A DNA stretch of 64,000 bases from sequence record MT682709.1; one strand, written 5' to 3'. The DNA is from Escherichia phage vB_EcoM_SP1. The notes beneath the pieces were generated by a model. It was not told where the DNA came from, made no database searches, and saw only the letters and a program-made list of their open reading frames with translations. This document shows positions 1 through 9,202 of this stretch, piece by piece (the stretch's first letter is position 1; every line of letters starts with the position of its first letter). The position numbers and the translations under genes are program-made.

Positions 1-264
<264 letters not shown>

Positions 265-276
265 TTTCACAAAGTT

Positions 277-306
277 ATTTACACGGGGTTTTAGTAGTGA
301 TACTAT
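277..306 (+). promoter_or_regulatory. T4-type early promoter
   Basis: ATTTACA -35 (277-283), 17-bp spacer, TACTAT -10 (301-306), upstream of ATG 343. Confidence 0.5.
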
Positions 307-342
307 TACCCTATCAAAACAAATGAGTGATTGGAGAATAAA

Positions 343-615
343 ATGAAAACATTTAAAGAATTTATCAATGAAGCTACTTTTAACGAAAAAGTAAAAATTA
401 GCAAAGCTGTCAAGACTTTGATTGCTGACATCAATTACCTATATGATATTGATTTAACTGACTATGTAACAGTTGGTAACAAACGTAACTTTTTCGTGTT
501 TGACATCTCTGAACTTGACCAGAATCAAATTAACAACATTGAGCGTTTTGCTAATGATAAGGGTCTTCGTCATGAGTCAGCGGGTTATAAAAAATACGCA
601 ATTTATTTAAAATGA
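343..615 (+). CDS. internal-protein-like (capsid-targeting leader MKTFKEFINEA)
   Basis: ATG 343 after GGAGAA RBS (track ORF begins at in-frame TTG 331); N-terminus matches the IP leader consensus. Confidence 0.65.
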   Translation: MKTFKEFINEATFNEKVKISKAVKTLIADINYLYDIDLTDYVTVGNKRNFFVFDISELDQNQINNIERFANDKGLRHESAGYKKYAIYLK

Positions 616-648
616 GTTTACTTTTAAATAGGGTTGTGGTACTATTAT
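616..648 (+). promoter_or_regulatory. T4-type early promoter
   Basis: GTTTAC 616-621, GGTACTATTAT -10 region 638-648. Confidence 0.5.
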
Positions 649-675
649 CTCATCAAAATTAATTAGGAAAATAAA

Positions 676-984
676 ATGAAAACATTTAAAGAATTTATCA
701 ATGAAGCGGCTGCACCAAAGACATTCGTTATTAATACTCAGACGAGTCTTGACGATGAGTATGCAGAGGCAATTCTGAAGTCACTTGCTAAGAACGGCGT
801 TGAAGTAATCGCCTCGGACTTTAAGAAAGGGGCTTCCGAGATGTTTATTTCTATAACTAAAGGATCTAAAGCTAAAATCAAATCATCATTCGGTGTTGCT
901 CGTACCGATCAAATCGACAATCATGACTTTAAACAAACTGGTGTTAAACGGCAGAACACAATTGCATCACGCGGAATAAAATAG
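676..984 (+). CDS. internal-protein-like (leader MKTFKEFINEA), cargo unrelated to 343..615
   Basis: ATG 676 with RBS; first 11 aa identical to the preceding gene, remainder different. Confidence 0.65.
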   Translation: MKTFKEFINEAAAPKTFVINTQTSLDDEYAEAILKSLAKNGVEVIASDFKKGASEMFISITKGSKAKIKSSFGVARTDQIDNHDFKQTGVKRQNTIASRGIK

Positions 985-994
985 TTTATAAACC

Positions 995-1026
995 GTTTAC
1001 TTTTCGATGGGGTAGTGATATTATTA
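995..1026 (+). promoter_or_regulatory. T4-type early promoter
   Basis: GTTTAC 995-1000, GATATTATTA -10 region 1017-1026. Confidence 0.5.
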
Positions 1027-1052
1027 CCCTATCAACTACTGAGGAGAATAAA

Positions 1053-1235
1053 ATGAAACGTTGTGAATTAATTCGAAATGTTGCTATTGCAATTTCTGCT
1101 TCCGCTTTTAGTTTTTCAATGTTTGTTGGATTTATATGCGGATTATTAACTACAGCAGAAAATGTGTTTTCACTTGTAGTAGCATTTTTAATTGGTTTAA
1201 TTGCTATCGTTATGGATAAAATTTCTAAAGGTTAA
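1053..1235 (+). CDS. small hydrophobic membrane protein
   Basis: ATG with GAGGAGAA RBS; 60 aa, mostly hydrophobic. Confidence 0.55.
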   Translation: MKRCELIRNVAIAISASAFSFSMFVGFICGLLTTAENVFSLVVAFLIGLIAIVMDKISKG

Positions 1236-1237
1236 TA

Positions 1238-1525
1238 ATGATTCTTTATGCGAAAGTATCGTCCGTTGAAAATGGATATAAATATGATCAAGATGCGGCT
1301 AAAGCCTTGATTGATGATTATGGCATTTTAACATGTTTTGAAGTTGAAAAGGTTTACATTGACCGTTCATCTTCTCAAGTTAAATTAGTAAAGGAAGACC
1401 GTAAATTTAATACAGTAAATTTTGATTTCTTTATCGAAACAGAAAAAGGTCCTCTTGAATATGATATTTTCAAGAATCCTTTGGGTCTTGAATGCATCGT
1501 AAACATGTATTATCATAAATGGTAA
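1238..1525 (+). CDS. hypothetical protein (95 aa)
   Basis: ORF adjacent to previous stop (TAATG). Confidence 0.5.
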   Translation: MILYAKVSSVENGYKYDQDAAKALIDDYGILTCFEVEKVYIDRSSSQVKLVKEDRKFNTVNFDFFIETEKGPLEYDIFKNPLGLECIVNMYYHKW

Positions 1526-1622
1526 ATATGCTTTAAGAATTATTTGTTATTATTAACTCATATCGCACTGATTAATACCCTCTATCATCAAGGGTTCTTG
1601 CTTGAGAGCCTTTGTTAATAAT

Positions 1623-1695
1623 TGGGAATTAGCCAAGTTGGTAAGGCACTGGATTTTGATTCCAGGATGCAAAGGTTCGAGTCCTTTATTCCCAG
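1623..1695 (+). tRNA. tRNA-Gln (anticodon UUG)
   Basis: Acceptor stem TGGGAAT/ATTCCCA, anticodon loop TTTTGAT, T-arm GGTTCGAGTCC. Confidence 0.85.
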
Positions 1696-1696
1696 C

Positions 1697-1783
1697 GCGA
1701 GAATGGTCAAATTGGTAAAGGCACAGCACTTAAAATGCTGCGGAATGATTTCCTTGTGGGTTCGAGTCCCACTTCTCGCACCA
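1697..1783 (+). tRNA. tRNA-Leu (anticodon UAA), class II, CCA encoded
   Basis: Acceptor GCGAGAA/TTCTCGC, anticodon loop CTTAAAA, long variable arm, CCA 1781-1783. Confidence 0.85.
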
Positions 1784-1788
1784 AATTT

Positions 1789-1862
<74 letters not shown>

Positions 1863-1872
1863 ATTTAATTTA

Positions 1873-1946
1873 CTCCGTGTAGCTCAGTTTGGTAGAGCGC
1901 CTGATTTGGGATCAGGAGGTCCAAGGTTCAAATCCTTGTATGGAGA
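1873..1946 (+). tRNA. tRNA-Pro (anticodon UGG)
   Basis: Acceptor CTCCGTG/TATGGAG with G-U pairs, anticodon loop TTTGGGA, T-arm CAAGGTTCAAATCCTTG. Confidence 0.8.
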
Positions 1947-1948
1947 CT

Positions 1949-2038
1949 GGAGGCGTGGCAGAGTGGTTTAATGCACCGGTCTTGAAAACCGGCAGTCGCT
2001 CCGGCGACTCATAGGTTCAAATCCTATCGCCTCCGCCA
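1949..2038 (+). tRNA. tRNA-Ser (anticodon UGA), class II, CCA encoded
   Basis: Acceptor GGAGGCG/CGCCTCC, anticodon loop CTTGAAA, long variable arm. Confidence 0.85.
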
Positions 2039-2043
2039 GTTTT

Positions 2044-2119
2044 GTTGATTTAGCTCAGTAGGTAGAGCACCTCACTTGTAATGAGGACGTCGGCGGTTCG
2101 ATTCCGTCAATCAGCACCA
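2044..2119 (+). tRNA. tRNA-Thr (anticodon UGU)
   Basis: Acceptor GTTGATT/AATCAGC, anticodon loop CTTGTAA, CCA encoded. Confidence 0.85.
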
Positions 2120-2120
2120 A

Positions 2121-2195
2121 GGCCCTGTAGCTGGAAGGTTCAAGCAAGCGACTCATAATCGCCAGATGGTGGTTCAATTCCACCCAGGGCCACCA
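2121..2195 (+). tRNA. tRNA-Ile (anticodon CAU, lysidine type as in T4) or Met
   Basis: Acceptor GGCCCTG/CAGGGCC, anticodon loop CTCATAA, CCA encoded. Confidence 0.75.
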
Positions 2196-2204
2196 AATTA
2201 ATTT

Positions 2205-2291
2205 GGGGAGTTATCCCGTAGAGGTAGCGGTGTGGACTGTAAATCCATTGTCATTGCGACTCGGGTGGTTCGACTCCATCACTCCCCACCA
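2205..2291 (+). tRNA. tRNA-Tyr (anticodon GUA), class II
   Basis: Acceptor GGGGAGT/ACTCCCC, anticodon loop CTGTAAA, long variable arm; architecture resembles E. coli tRNA-Tyr. Confidence 0.75.
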
Positions 2292-2295
2292 ATTT

Positions 2296-2370
2296 GGATG
2301 TGTAGCTCAATGGCAGAGCGATCGCCTGTTAAGCGATTGGTTATAGGTTCGAATCCTATCACGTCCGCCA
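2296..2370 (+). tRNA. tRNA-Asn (anticodon GUU)
   Basis: Acceptor GGATGTG/CACGTCC, anticodon stem ATCGC/GCGAT with loop CTGTTAA, T-arm ATAGGTTCGAATCCTAT. Confidence 0.75.
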
Positions 2371-2374
2371 AATC

Positions 2375-2450
2375 CGAGGCATAGCTCAGAAGGAAGAGCA
2401 AGGACCTTCTAAGTCCTAGGTCGTAGGTTCGATCCCTACTGCCTCGACCA
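2375..2450 (+). tRNA. tRNA-Arg (anticodon UCU)
   Basis: Acceptor CGAGGCA/TGCCTCG, anticodon stem AGGAC/GTCCT with loop CTTCTAA, CCA encoded. Confidence 0.85.
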
Positions 2451-2466
2451 ATTAAGTGAGGAAAAT

Positions 2467-2817
2467 ATGAAAGGTAATGTTTATTTAGTAGTTCATGATT
2501 TAACATTCTATTTTAATCATAATGACACTGTTATTTCTGAACGTGTAATTAATTTACTTTATCAGCATGCAGATTATGTTTATGTCGAAAACGAATACGG
2601 TCATTGGCAATTTCTCAAAAATCGTTCATTTGGTTTAGATGGTTACGAATACTTTGAACGTAAAGACCTTTTAGATAAAATTCCATTATCTACACAATAT
2701 CAAAATCACAAGTCTTTATATAAATGCCGTCCAATTCGAAATGCTGAATCTGCGTATGAAGTAATTGATTTATGGCGTAAACGTCGTGGACAGGTTGATG
2801 CTTTAAAAGAATACTAA
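2467..2817 (+). CDS. hypothetical protein (116 aa) between tRNA-Arg and the stable-RNA region
   Basis: ATG 2467 after GAGGAAAAT RBS. Confidence 0.55.
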   Translation: MKGNVYLVVHDLTFYFNHNDTVISERVINLLYQHADYVYVENEYGHWQFLKNRSFGLDGYEYFERKDLLDKIPLSTQYQNHKSLYKCRPIRNAESAYEVIDLWRKRRGQVDALKEY

Positions 2818-2821
2818 GAAA

Positions 2822-3123
2822 CCGGGTCGCTACCGGTAAGTCGTCGGACTGATGTTCCCTGGAGTATAGTTTCTCCCACAGTTTTACTGTGTTCTGATTC
2901 TTTACTATCACAGCAGAAACGGCGCACCAAATTATCGATTCGAGGAAATATCTTTGCCGTAAGCCGAGTAGCGTTTTTGACGGAACGTTCGGATATGGTC
3001 GAGATATGGCCTTTTAAAAATATTGAGTAGCGTCAACTACTTAATAACCGGGTTCAAATCCCGGCGTTTCGTACAAACACTTGCCTTAGCAGGTGGAACC
3101 CCGACAAGGTTGCCGCAAGGCTT
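2822..3123 (+). ncRNA. candidate stable small RNA region (T4 species 1/2 RNA-like), contains a tRNA-like T-arm
   Basis: GC-rich, no convincing ORF; CCGGGTTCAAATCCCGG T-arm-like hairpin; possible acceptor pairing CGGAACG/CGTTTCG; ends at a strong terminator. Confidence 0.35.
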
Positions 3124-3151
3124 AGCCCCAGCCGAAAGGTTGGGGCTTTTT
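3124..3151 (+). terminator. rho-independent terminator
   Basis: AGCCCCAGCC-GAAA-GGTTGGGGCT hairpin followed by TTTTT. Confidence 0.65.
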
Positions 3152-3241
3152 AGTTTGAATCACTCGGATAACGCTGTTACGGATAATAACAAAGTAATAA
3201 ATAATTAATAACCAACTGATAGATTATTTCAAGGATTTTAA

Positions 3242-3805
3242 ATGAAAACTTATGCCGAATTTTTAACCGAAGCAGCAAAATTACCATCTGAAGCAGATCT
3301 TACTAAAGTATTCTTTCAATTAGACCCAAAAGACCGTGGCGATTTTCTTAAGTGGAAAGCTAAAGCTATTGAAATGTATAACATCGATAATAGTTCTTTT
3401 ACGATGAGTCAAGAAAATAAATTCAATAAAGCATTTTTCAAAATTTCTAAGAAATTGGCATCTGGCGCTCAGGTTCCTAAATCTGCATTAGCTACTCCTG
3501 AACGTGCACCTGTTAAAATTTCTAAGAATATGTTCGACACTAAAAAATACGTTAATGCTTTGAATAAAGCTCTTGATGCATTGGATGATGCAAAGAAGGC
3601 AGCCCGTGATCTTCAAGACGTGTACACTGATTTTGATCGTAAAACTAAAGGTTCTATTTCAAATAGCGAACGTAATAGTGTAAGTGTTTATTCTGATAGC
3701 CTTGATGTTCTTGGCGATGCGTATACTGAAATTAAAAATCGTATTAACACCGCATCTAAGCTAAAAGCTGCCGCAGAAGCTATAATAACTAAACTGGATA
3801 AATAA
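3242..3805 (+). CDS. internal-protein-like protein with capsid-targeting leader (MKTYAEFLTEAA), 187 aa
   Basis: ATG 3242 with AAGGA RBS; IP-type leader then Lys/Ala-rich helical cargo. Confidence 0.6.
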   Translation: MKTYAEFLTEAAKLPSEADLTKVFFQLDPKDRGDFLKWKAKAIEMYNIDNSSFTMSQENKFNKAFFKISKKLASGAQVPKSALATPERAPVKISKNMFDTKKYVNALNKALDALDDAKKAARDLQDVYTDFDRKTKGSISNSERNSVSVYSDSLDVLGDAYTEIKNRINTASKLKAAAEAIITKLDK

Positions 3806-3811
3806 TTTTAA

Positions 3812-3838
3812 AGCCCTATCTAAATGATAGGGCTTTTT
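3812..3838 (+). terminator. rho-independent terminator
   Basis: AGCCCTATC-TAAAT-GATAGGGCT hairpin plus T-run. Confidence 0.65.
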
Positions 3839-3951
3839 GGTATCTCGGCCTTTCTGGACCTCTCTAGGCATCATTTAGTTTCTACCCTTTATAATATATT
3901 ATCCTATCCTTTAATTGCCCCTTCCATCCCTAGAATTCCCTAAAACTTTTT

Positions 3952-4047
3952 AAAAATTTTTTCACAAAACTGTTTACATCCCTGTTCTTCCATGGTACTA
4001 TATCAATATCAACTACTGATACAGAAAACAACTTGGAGAATGAAATG
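3952..4047 (+). repeat. dispersed early promoter-leader cassette, copy A
   Basis: TTTTCACAAAACTGTTTACATCCCTGTTCTTCCATGGTACTATA... is near-identical to 47485-47570 and similar to 20150-20235 and 21605-21665; GTTTAC 3972-3977, TACTAT 3996-4001. Confidence 0.6.
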
Positions 4048-4308
4048 GATAATTACGGCGAACTGTTCAACTTCTTTATGAAATGCGTTTCAGAAGATTT
4101 CGGTCGTACAGTTAATGATATTAAAGTTATCGGTCCTGACCATCCGATGTTTGAAACTTACGCAGTAATGGGTAATGAAGACGGTCAGTGGTATACTGTA
4201 AAAGTTGTGATTAACATGTTCACTGCTGAAGGTTATGTTAAACTGTCTTCTAAAGTTTACCATGATAACGACGAAATCGCAGAAGAATATTTCAATAATA
4301 TGAAATAA
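4045..4308 (+). CDS. hypothetical acidic protein (87 aa)
   Basis: ATG 4045 after GGAGAA (track ORF starts at in-frame TTG 4033). Confidence 0.55.
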   Translation: MDNYGELFNFFMKCVSEDFGRTVNDIKVIGPDHPMFETYAVMGNEDGQWYTVKVVINMFTAEGYVKLSSKVYHDNDEIAEEYFNNMK

Positions 4309-4339
4309 GTTTACACAGGCTCATGATTGAGATATTATG
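4309..4339 (+). promoter_or_regulatory. T4-type early promoter
   Basis: GTTTAC 4309-4314, TATTAT 4334-4339. Confidence 0.5.
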
Positions 4340-4363
4340 AGCCTATAATTTGAGGAAAATATT

Positions 4364-4699
4364 ATGAAACGTAACTTTAGCAAAGATTTTTGCAATAGAA
4401 ATGATTATCCTGAAGAGCTTTTTGAATCTAAGGACTTTAAAGAGTTTAATGAACGTTCTCAAAACATACCTGTACAATGGGTGTTAGATTATGCCAATCG
4501 TATCTTTGAAGGTGTGCGGGATATTTGTCCTGATGATGAAGCTCCTTATTTTAAAAAGGCTTGGGAACTCGCCAATCAAGCATATATCAATGCTTCAGAA
4601 TCTTATAAAGGTACTGACGACGATTTTATTTTACTGGCTATTAACGATGCCATTGTCGAGGCTATCAACGTCTTTATCGACGAGCTAGACGAAGAATAA
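4364..4699 (+). CDS. hypothetical acidic protein (111 aa)
   Basis: ATG with GAGGAAAAT RBS. Confidence 0.6.
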   Translation: MKRNFSKDFCNRNDYPEELFESKDFKEFNERSQNIPVQWVLDYANRIFEGVRDICPDDEAPYFKKAWELANQAYINASESYKGTDDDFILLAINDAIVEAINVFIDELDEE

Positions 4700-4730
4700 G
4701 TTTACAATCTATTAGAAACGTGATATTATT
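4700..4730 (+). promoter_or_regulatory. T4-type early promoter
   Basis: GTTTAC 4700-4705, GATATTATT -10 region. Confidence 0.5.
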
Positions 4731-4756
4731 TAATTATATCAACCTAAGGAAATACT

Positions 4757-5350
4757 ATGAACACACTGAAGAAAATTGTTGAGTTTATTCGCACTAAACT
4801 TGGTTCTGCTATGGCTAAAAATCTATCTGTTGAAGAACAGTATACTGCTGCAGCAGCAAAACTGCTTGATAAAATTAAAGATCTAAAAACTGCTTCTATT
4901 AAATCTATTAATGAAGAAAAACGTATTCGTGAACTTGTTATCGAAAAGAATCGACAAGCCGAATCAAAAGAGCGTGAAATTCGCAAGCTTCTTTCCGAGG
5001 GTCAAGATGTAACAATGCATGCTAAACTCGGTTTGCTATATCGTCGAACAGCTGAACAGTTGACTACTAAGGCTGATGGTTATGCTGAAATGCGAATTGA
5101 AATCGCCAAGAAAGTAGTTGAGTTAGATGATGCTCGCCAAGAACTTGCAGTTAAATTGGAATATATCCGTGAAACTCGTGCGGCAAATGCCCTTGGAATT
5201 AGTACTGCTGATGATGTAGTTGAAATCGCAGCGCTAACTAAGGTTGATATTGAAGATACTCTTGCTCGAGTTGAAACCTTTAACGGTAATATTTCTGGGG
5301 TTGAAACCACTTCTGCTGATGTTCAGGAATATATTAATTCTCTGAAATAA
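4757..5350 (+). CDS. coiled-coil protein (197 aa)
   Basis: ATG with AAGGAAA RBS; heptad-rich, charged helical sequence; followed by a GGGGC-TTCG-GCCCC hairpin at 5357-5370. Confidence 0.6.
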   Translation: MNTLKKIVEFIRTKLGSAMAKNLSVEEQYTAAAAKLLDKIKDLKTASIKSINEEKRIRELVIEKNRQAESKEREIRKLLSEGQDVTMHAKLGLLYRRTAEQLTTKADGYAEMRIEIAKKVVELDDARQELAVKLEYIRETRAANALGISTADDVVEIAALTKVDIEDTLARVETFNGNISGVETTSADVQEYINSLK

Positions 5351-5391
5351 TGATAAGGGGCTTCGGCCCCTATTACTTGGAGTAAATAGGA

Positions 5392-6000
5392 ATGAGAATG
5401 CAAAATGATTTCAATTCAATGTTTGAAGAGTTCCAAAGACAGGTTGATGTTCCAGACCAATTACTGAATGCTCTTAAACGTATGGCAGAAGGACGTAATT
5501 ACTATTGGGGGTCTTCATATGAAACTGATGAAAGTCTTTCTGGAAGATTTTATAGAGGTAAAAAGTCTTTAATACGCCCTGGAATACTCATTAAAAGTAT
5601 TGAATCAATTCATTCATTGACATGTGATTTTGATGTTGAATTTACTGATTTCATTTCTCCTGAATGGACAGTTTGTTATTTAAATGACGATTATGATTAT
5701 CTTGGCATTTATAGTTTAAGTGACGCGGGGTTTAGACGTAATTTACAAAAGTCAAATTTATTTTATATTGATACTACGGTAAAATTTCAGGGAAAGAAAT
5801 ATTTCTTTACTCTTATAGTTGACTCTGAAACAAAATATGAAAATAAGCGTATTCTTAGTAAAAAGAATATCTTGACTATTATTGATGATCTTTTTGATAA
5901 ATTCGTGGAAAATCCCAGTTTTGAAAGCGATTTATTACTAGAAAAATTTGTTAAGGAATGTAGAGAATATGTCAAAGCCATCACTATACCTTCCAAGTAA
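5392..6000 (+). CDS. hypothetical protein (202 aa), C-terminal motif KFVKECREY
   Basis: ATG 5392; shares its C-terminal motif with the next three genes. Confidence 0.6.
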   Translation: MRMQNDFNSMFEEFQRQVDVPDQLLNALKRMAEGRNYYWGSSYETDESLSGRFYRGKKSLIRPGILIKSIESIHSLTCDFDVEFTDFISPEWTVCYLNDDYDYLGIYSLSDAGFRRNLQKSNLFYIDTTVKFQGKKYFFTLIVDSETKYENKRILSKKNILTIIDDLFDKFVENPSFESDLLLEKFVKECREYVKAITIPSK

Positions 6001-6361
6001 ACCTTTGAAGTATGAACTAAAGCGCCAGATAATTTCTACCGATGTATTAATGGGTCCTGTGGTAGCTGTATCATTTGTGATTCTGCTGATTGCTGGAATG
6101 GTTATAGACGTTATGACTGATATTGAATCCGGTGTAATATTTGGAGCAACGTTAATTCTTCCATTAATAATTCCGCTTTTATTAGTACCTGTAAATTGGG
6201 TAGGATACTGGTATCAAGGAAGACATTATCGTAAACGTGTACGTGAATGGAAAGCTCAGTGTAAAAAGATTAAAAAGGAACACCAGCTTAAACTAGATAT
6301 GTATGAATTTAACGAAATTATGAAATTTGTTAAGGAATCACGATGCAAAAGCCAAAACTAA
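5969..6361 (+). CDS. membrane protein (130 aa), C-terminal motif KFVKESRCK
   Basis: ATG 5969 in track frame (track begins at TTG 5948); two predicted TM segments. Confidence 0.55.
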   Translation: MSKPSLYLPSKPLKYELKRQIISTDVLMGPVVAVSFVILLIAGMVIDVMTDIESGVIFGATLILPLIIPLLLVPVNWVGYWYQGRHYRKRVREWKAQCKKIKKEHQLKLDMYEFNEIMKFVKESRCKSQN

Positions 6362-6705
6362 ATAAAGTCAAATATTCGTTTCCCGAGGCACTATTAATTC
6401 TTGCCGTGTCAGTATTTGCAGCTCTTGCTGGTAGTCTTATTGGATTAATGATTGACTGTATTATTTTAAACATCGATGGTTCAGCAATTATAACAGAGGT
6501 TTGGAGTGAACTTCGTTTTACTATAGCGATTTCATTATTTTCATTCTTTGGTACCATGCTATATTTTCATTATGATAATTTTAAAATAAATTGGCAAAGA
6601 AAAAAGGATTACAAAATACAATTAAAAGAATATAATAACTACATGTCTTATATTGAAAATGAATCAATGAAAGAGTTTGTGAGTGATTGTAGGAAAATCA
6701 AATGA
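6343..6705 (+). CDS. membrane protein (120 aa), C-terminal motif KEFVSDCRKIK
   Basis: ATG 6343; TM segments; paralogous C-terminus. Confidence 0.55.
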   Translation: MQKPKLNKVKYSFPEALLILAVSVFAALAGSLIGLMIDCIILNIDGSAIITEVWSELRFTIAISLFSFFGTMLYFHYDNFKINWQRKKDYKIQLKEYNNYMSYIENESMKEFVSDCRKIK

Positions 6706-7190
6706 TTTTAAAAACTCGCTGGTATGATTTAGATGATGGGGATGATGGCATTCCAGTTGATAGAGTTGACTGGAATGGCTGTTCCGAAGATATGAAAAAT
6801 TTGTTGATTAGGGAGTTTAGAATGGGATATCAACCAGTTAAGCCATCTACTATAACAGACGATAAATTCGTGTGTATTCATAATGGTCGCGCTAAGTTAA
6901 CGAACGCTGATTGGTTCACAGATAAAATTATGATTCTGTGGTATATTATTAGTCTTCCTGTGACATCATTCGTATTTTACTTTTTTATAAAAAATCCAAT
7001 GGACAGAATAGGAGATTGGATTCTTTTAACCATACTTGTTAATATTTTTACAGCAGCAATATTATCTGGGATATGGTACACGTTCATTGAAATGCCATGG
7101 CGGCTACGCAGACAACAAAAGATTTTTGATGAAAAGAAATATACTCAAAATTTAAATAACTTTATCACCGAATGCAGGAAATTAAAATGA
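6702..7190 (+). CDS. membrane protein (162 aa), C-terminal motif NNFITECRKLK
   Basis: ATG 6702 overlapping previous stop; TM segments; paralogous C-terminus. Confidence 0.55.
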   Translation: MILKTRWYDLDDGDDGIPVDRVDWNGCSEDMKNLLIREFRMGYQPVKPSTITDDKFVCIHNGRAKLTNADWFTDKIMILWYIISLPVTSFVFYFFIKNPMDRIGDWILLTILVNIFTAAILSGIWYTFIEMPWRLRRQQKIFDEKKYTQNLNNFITECRKLK

Positions 7191-7627
7191 AAACATTATC
7201 AGCTGGTATTATCTTTATGACAGAAGATAAAGATTTATTCATGGGACGGGTTACTGGTTCTCGTAAGCCTGGAATGATGGCACATCGCTGGGATATTCCA
7301 AAGGGCCGTGTAGAAAATTCTGATTTGAGCGCACTAGATGCAGCACGAAGAGAATGCTTAGAAGAGACCGGTTTTAGCAATTATAATCCAGACCTTCTAG
7401 AAGACCTAGGTGTATTTAAATATTCTAGTAATAAAGACTTACAGCTGTTTTATTATACGATTCCAGTAGAGCATGAGATGTTTAGAAATTGCCATTGCGA
7501 GTCTTATTTTGAAAATAAAGATGGTGTTATGATTCCAGAGATGGATGCTTTTGCTCTTATTCCTCGTACTCAGTGGCAATATGTGATGGGTCCTTCACTT
7601 TATCGAATAATGAACAGCCTCTTTTAA
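7187..7627 (+). CDS. nudE: Nudix hydrolase NudE (e.1)
   Basis: Nudix box GRVENSDLSALDAARRECLEETGF; ATG 7187 with AGGAA RBS; immediately upstream of e as in T4. Confidence 0.85.
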   Translation: MKTLSAGIIFMTEDKDLFMGRVTGSRKPGMMAHRWDIPKGRVENSDLSALDAARRECLEETGFSNYNPDLLEDLGVFKYSSNKDLQLFYYTIPVEHEMFRNCHCESYFENKDGVMIPEMDAFALIPRTQWQYVMGPSLYRIMNSLF

Positions 7628-8430
<803 letters not shown>

Positions 8431-8431
8431 T

Positions 8432-8462
8432 GTTTACTTCCTCCAAGGACTTTGATACTATA
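8432..8462 (+). promoter_or_regulatory. T4-type early promoter
   Basis: GTTTAC 8432-8437, GATACTAT -10 region. Confidence 0.5.
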
Positions 8463-8488
8463 CATTCATCAACTACTTGGAGGAAATT

Positions 8489-8902
8489 ATGACTCGTATC
8501 AATTTAACACTTGTTTCTGAACTGACCGACCAACATCTTATGGCTGAGTATCGTGAATTACCACGCGTATTTGGTGCAGTCCGTAAACATGTTCAAAACG
8601 GTAAACGTGTAAAGGATTTTAAAATCTCTCCAACATTTATCTTAGGCACAGGTCACGTAACATTCTTTTACGACAAACTCGAATTTTTACGTTTACGTCA
8701 AATCGAGCTAATCGCTGAATGCTTGAAACGTGGTTTCAAAATCAAGGACACGACTGTCCAGGATATTTCCGACATCCCTGTCGAATTTCGTAATAATTAT
8801 GTCCCGTCCGAAGCGTCCATTGCGATAAGTCAAGCTCGCTTAGATGAAAAAATTGCTCAACGCCCTACTTGGTACAAATACTATGGTAAATCAATTTACT
8901 AA
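8489..8902 (+). CDS. denV: endonuclease V (pyrimidine-dimer DNA glycosylase)
   Basis: [31 protein letters not shown]... matches recalled T4 endo V over its full length; ATG 8489 (track begins at TTG 8477). Confidence 0.9.
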   Translation: MTRINLTLVSELTDQHLMAEYRELPRVFGAVRKHVQNGKRVKDFKISPTFILGTGHVTFFYDKLEFLRLRQIELIAECLKRGFKIKDTTVQDISDIPVEFRNNYVPSEASIAISQARLDEKIAQRPTWYKYYGKSIY

Positions 8903-8908
8903 GGAAAA

Positions 8909-9169
8909 ATGAAAATGTATCAAGAATTTATCGCTGAAGCAGATGCCAAAGGCCCCAAATTTAAAGTTAAAGCTTTCGTTGGTGATGCAGAAGATTTTGG
9001 CTCATTAAAACGTAATGGGTATTCTTTCCTAGGCGGCGATGGTAGAGAAATAAACACCTATGCAAAACGTAGTGAAATTGCTTATGTTGTAGCAAGCCCT
9101 AAAGTAGATGTTGACGATATTGGATATGATTTTAACAACTTCGGAATTATTTCTGGCGGTAAAGCTTAA
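8909..9169 (+). CDS. internal-protein-like (leader MKMYQEFIAEA), 86 aa
   Basis: ATG with AAGGAAAA RBS; IP-type leader. Confidence 0.65.
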   Translation: MKMYQEFIAEADAKGPKFKVKAFVGDAEDFGSLKRNGYSFLGGDGREINTYAKRSEIAYVVASPKVDVDDIGYDFNNFGIISGGKA

Positions 9170-9172
9170 ACA

Positions 9173-9202
9173 GTTTACGCTTAAGTATTAATATGATATA
9201 AT
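9173..9202 (+). promoter_or_regulatory. T4-type early promoter
   Basis: GTTTAC 9173-9178, TATAAT 9197-9202. Confidence 0.5.

Noticed and set aside
2279-2506. Reverse-strand ORF 2279..2506 (75 aa)
   Set aside because: Overlaps tRNA-Asn and tRNA-Arg and the start of the + strand gene at 2467; no RBS.
3023-3208. ORF 3023..3208 (61 aa)
   Set aside because: Lies inside the GC-rich structured non-coding region and runs through the terminator hairpin at 3124-3151; more likely RNA than protein.
4757-5350. Possible PspA/IM30-like identity of the 197-aa coiled-coil protein
   Set aside because: Only generic coiled-coil character is visible; no PspA motif can be defended without a profile search.
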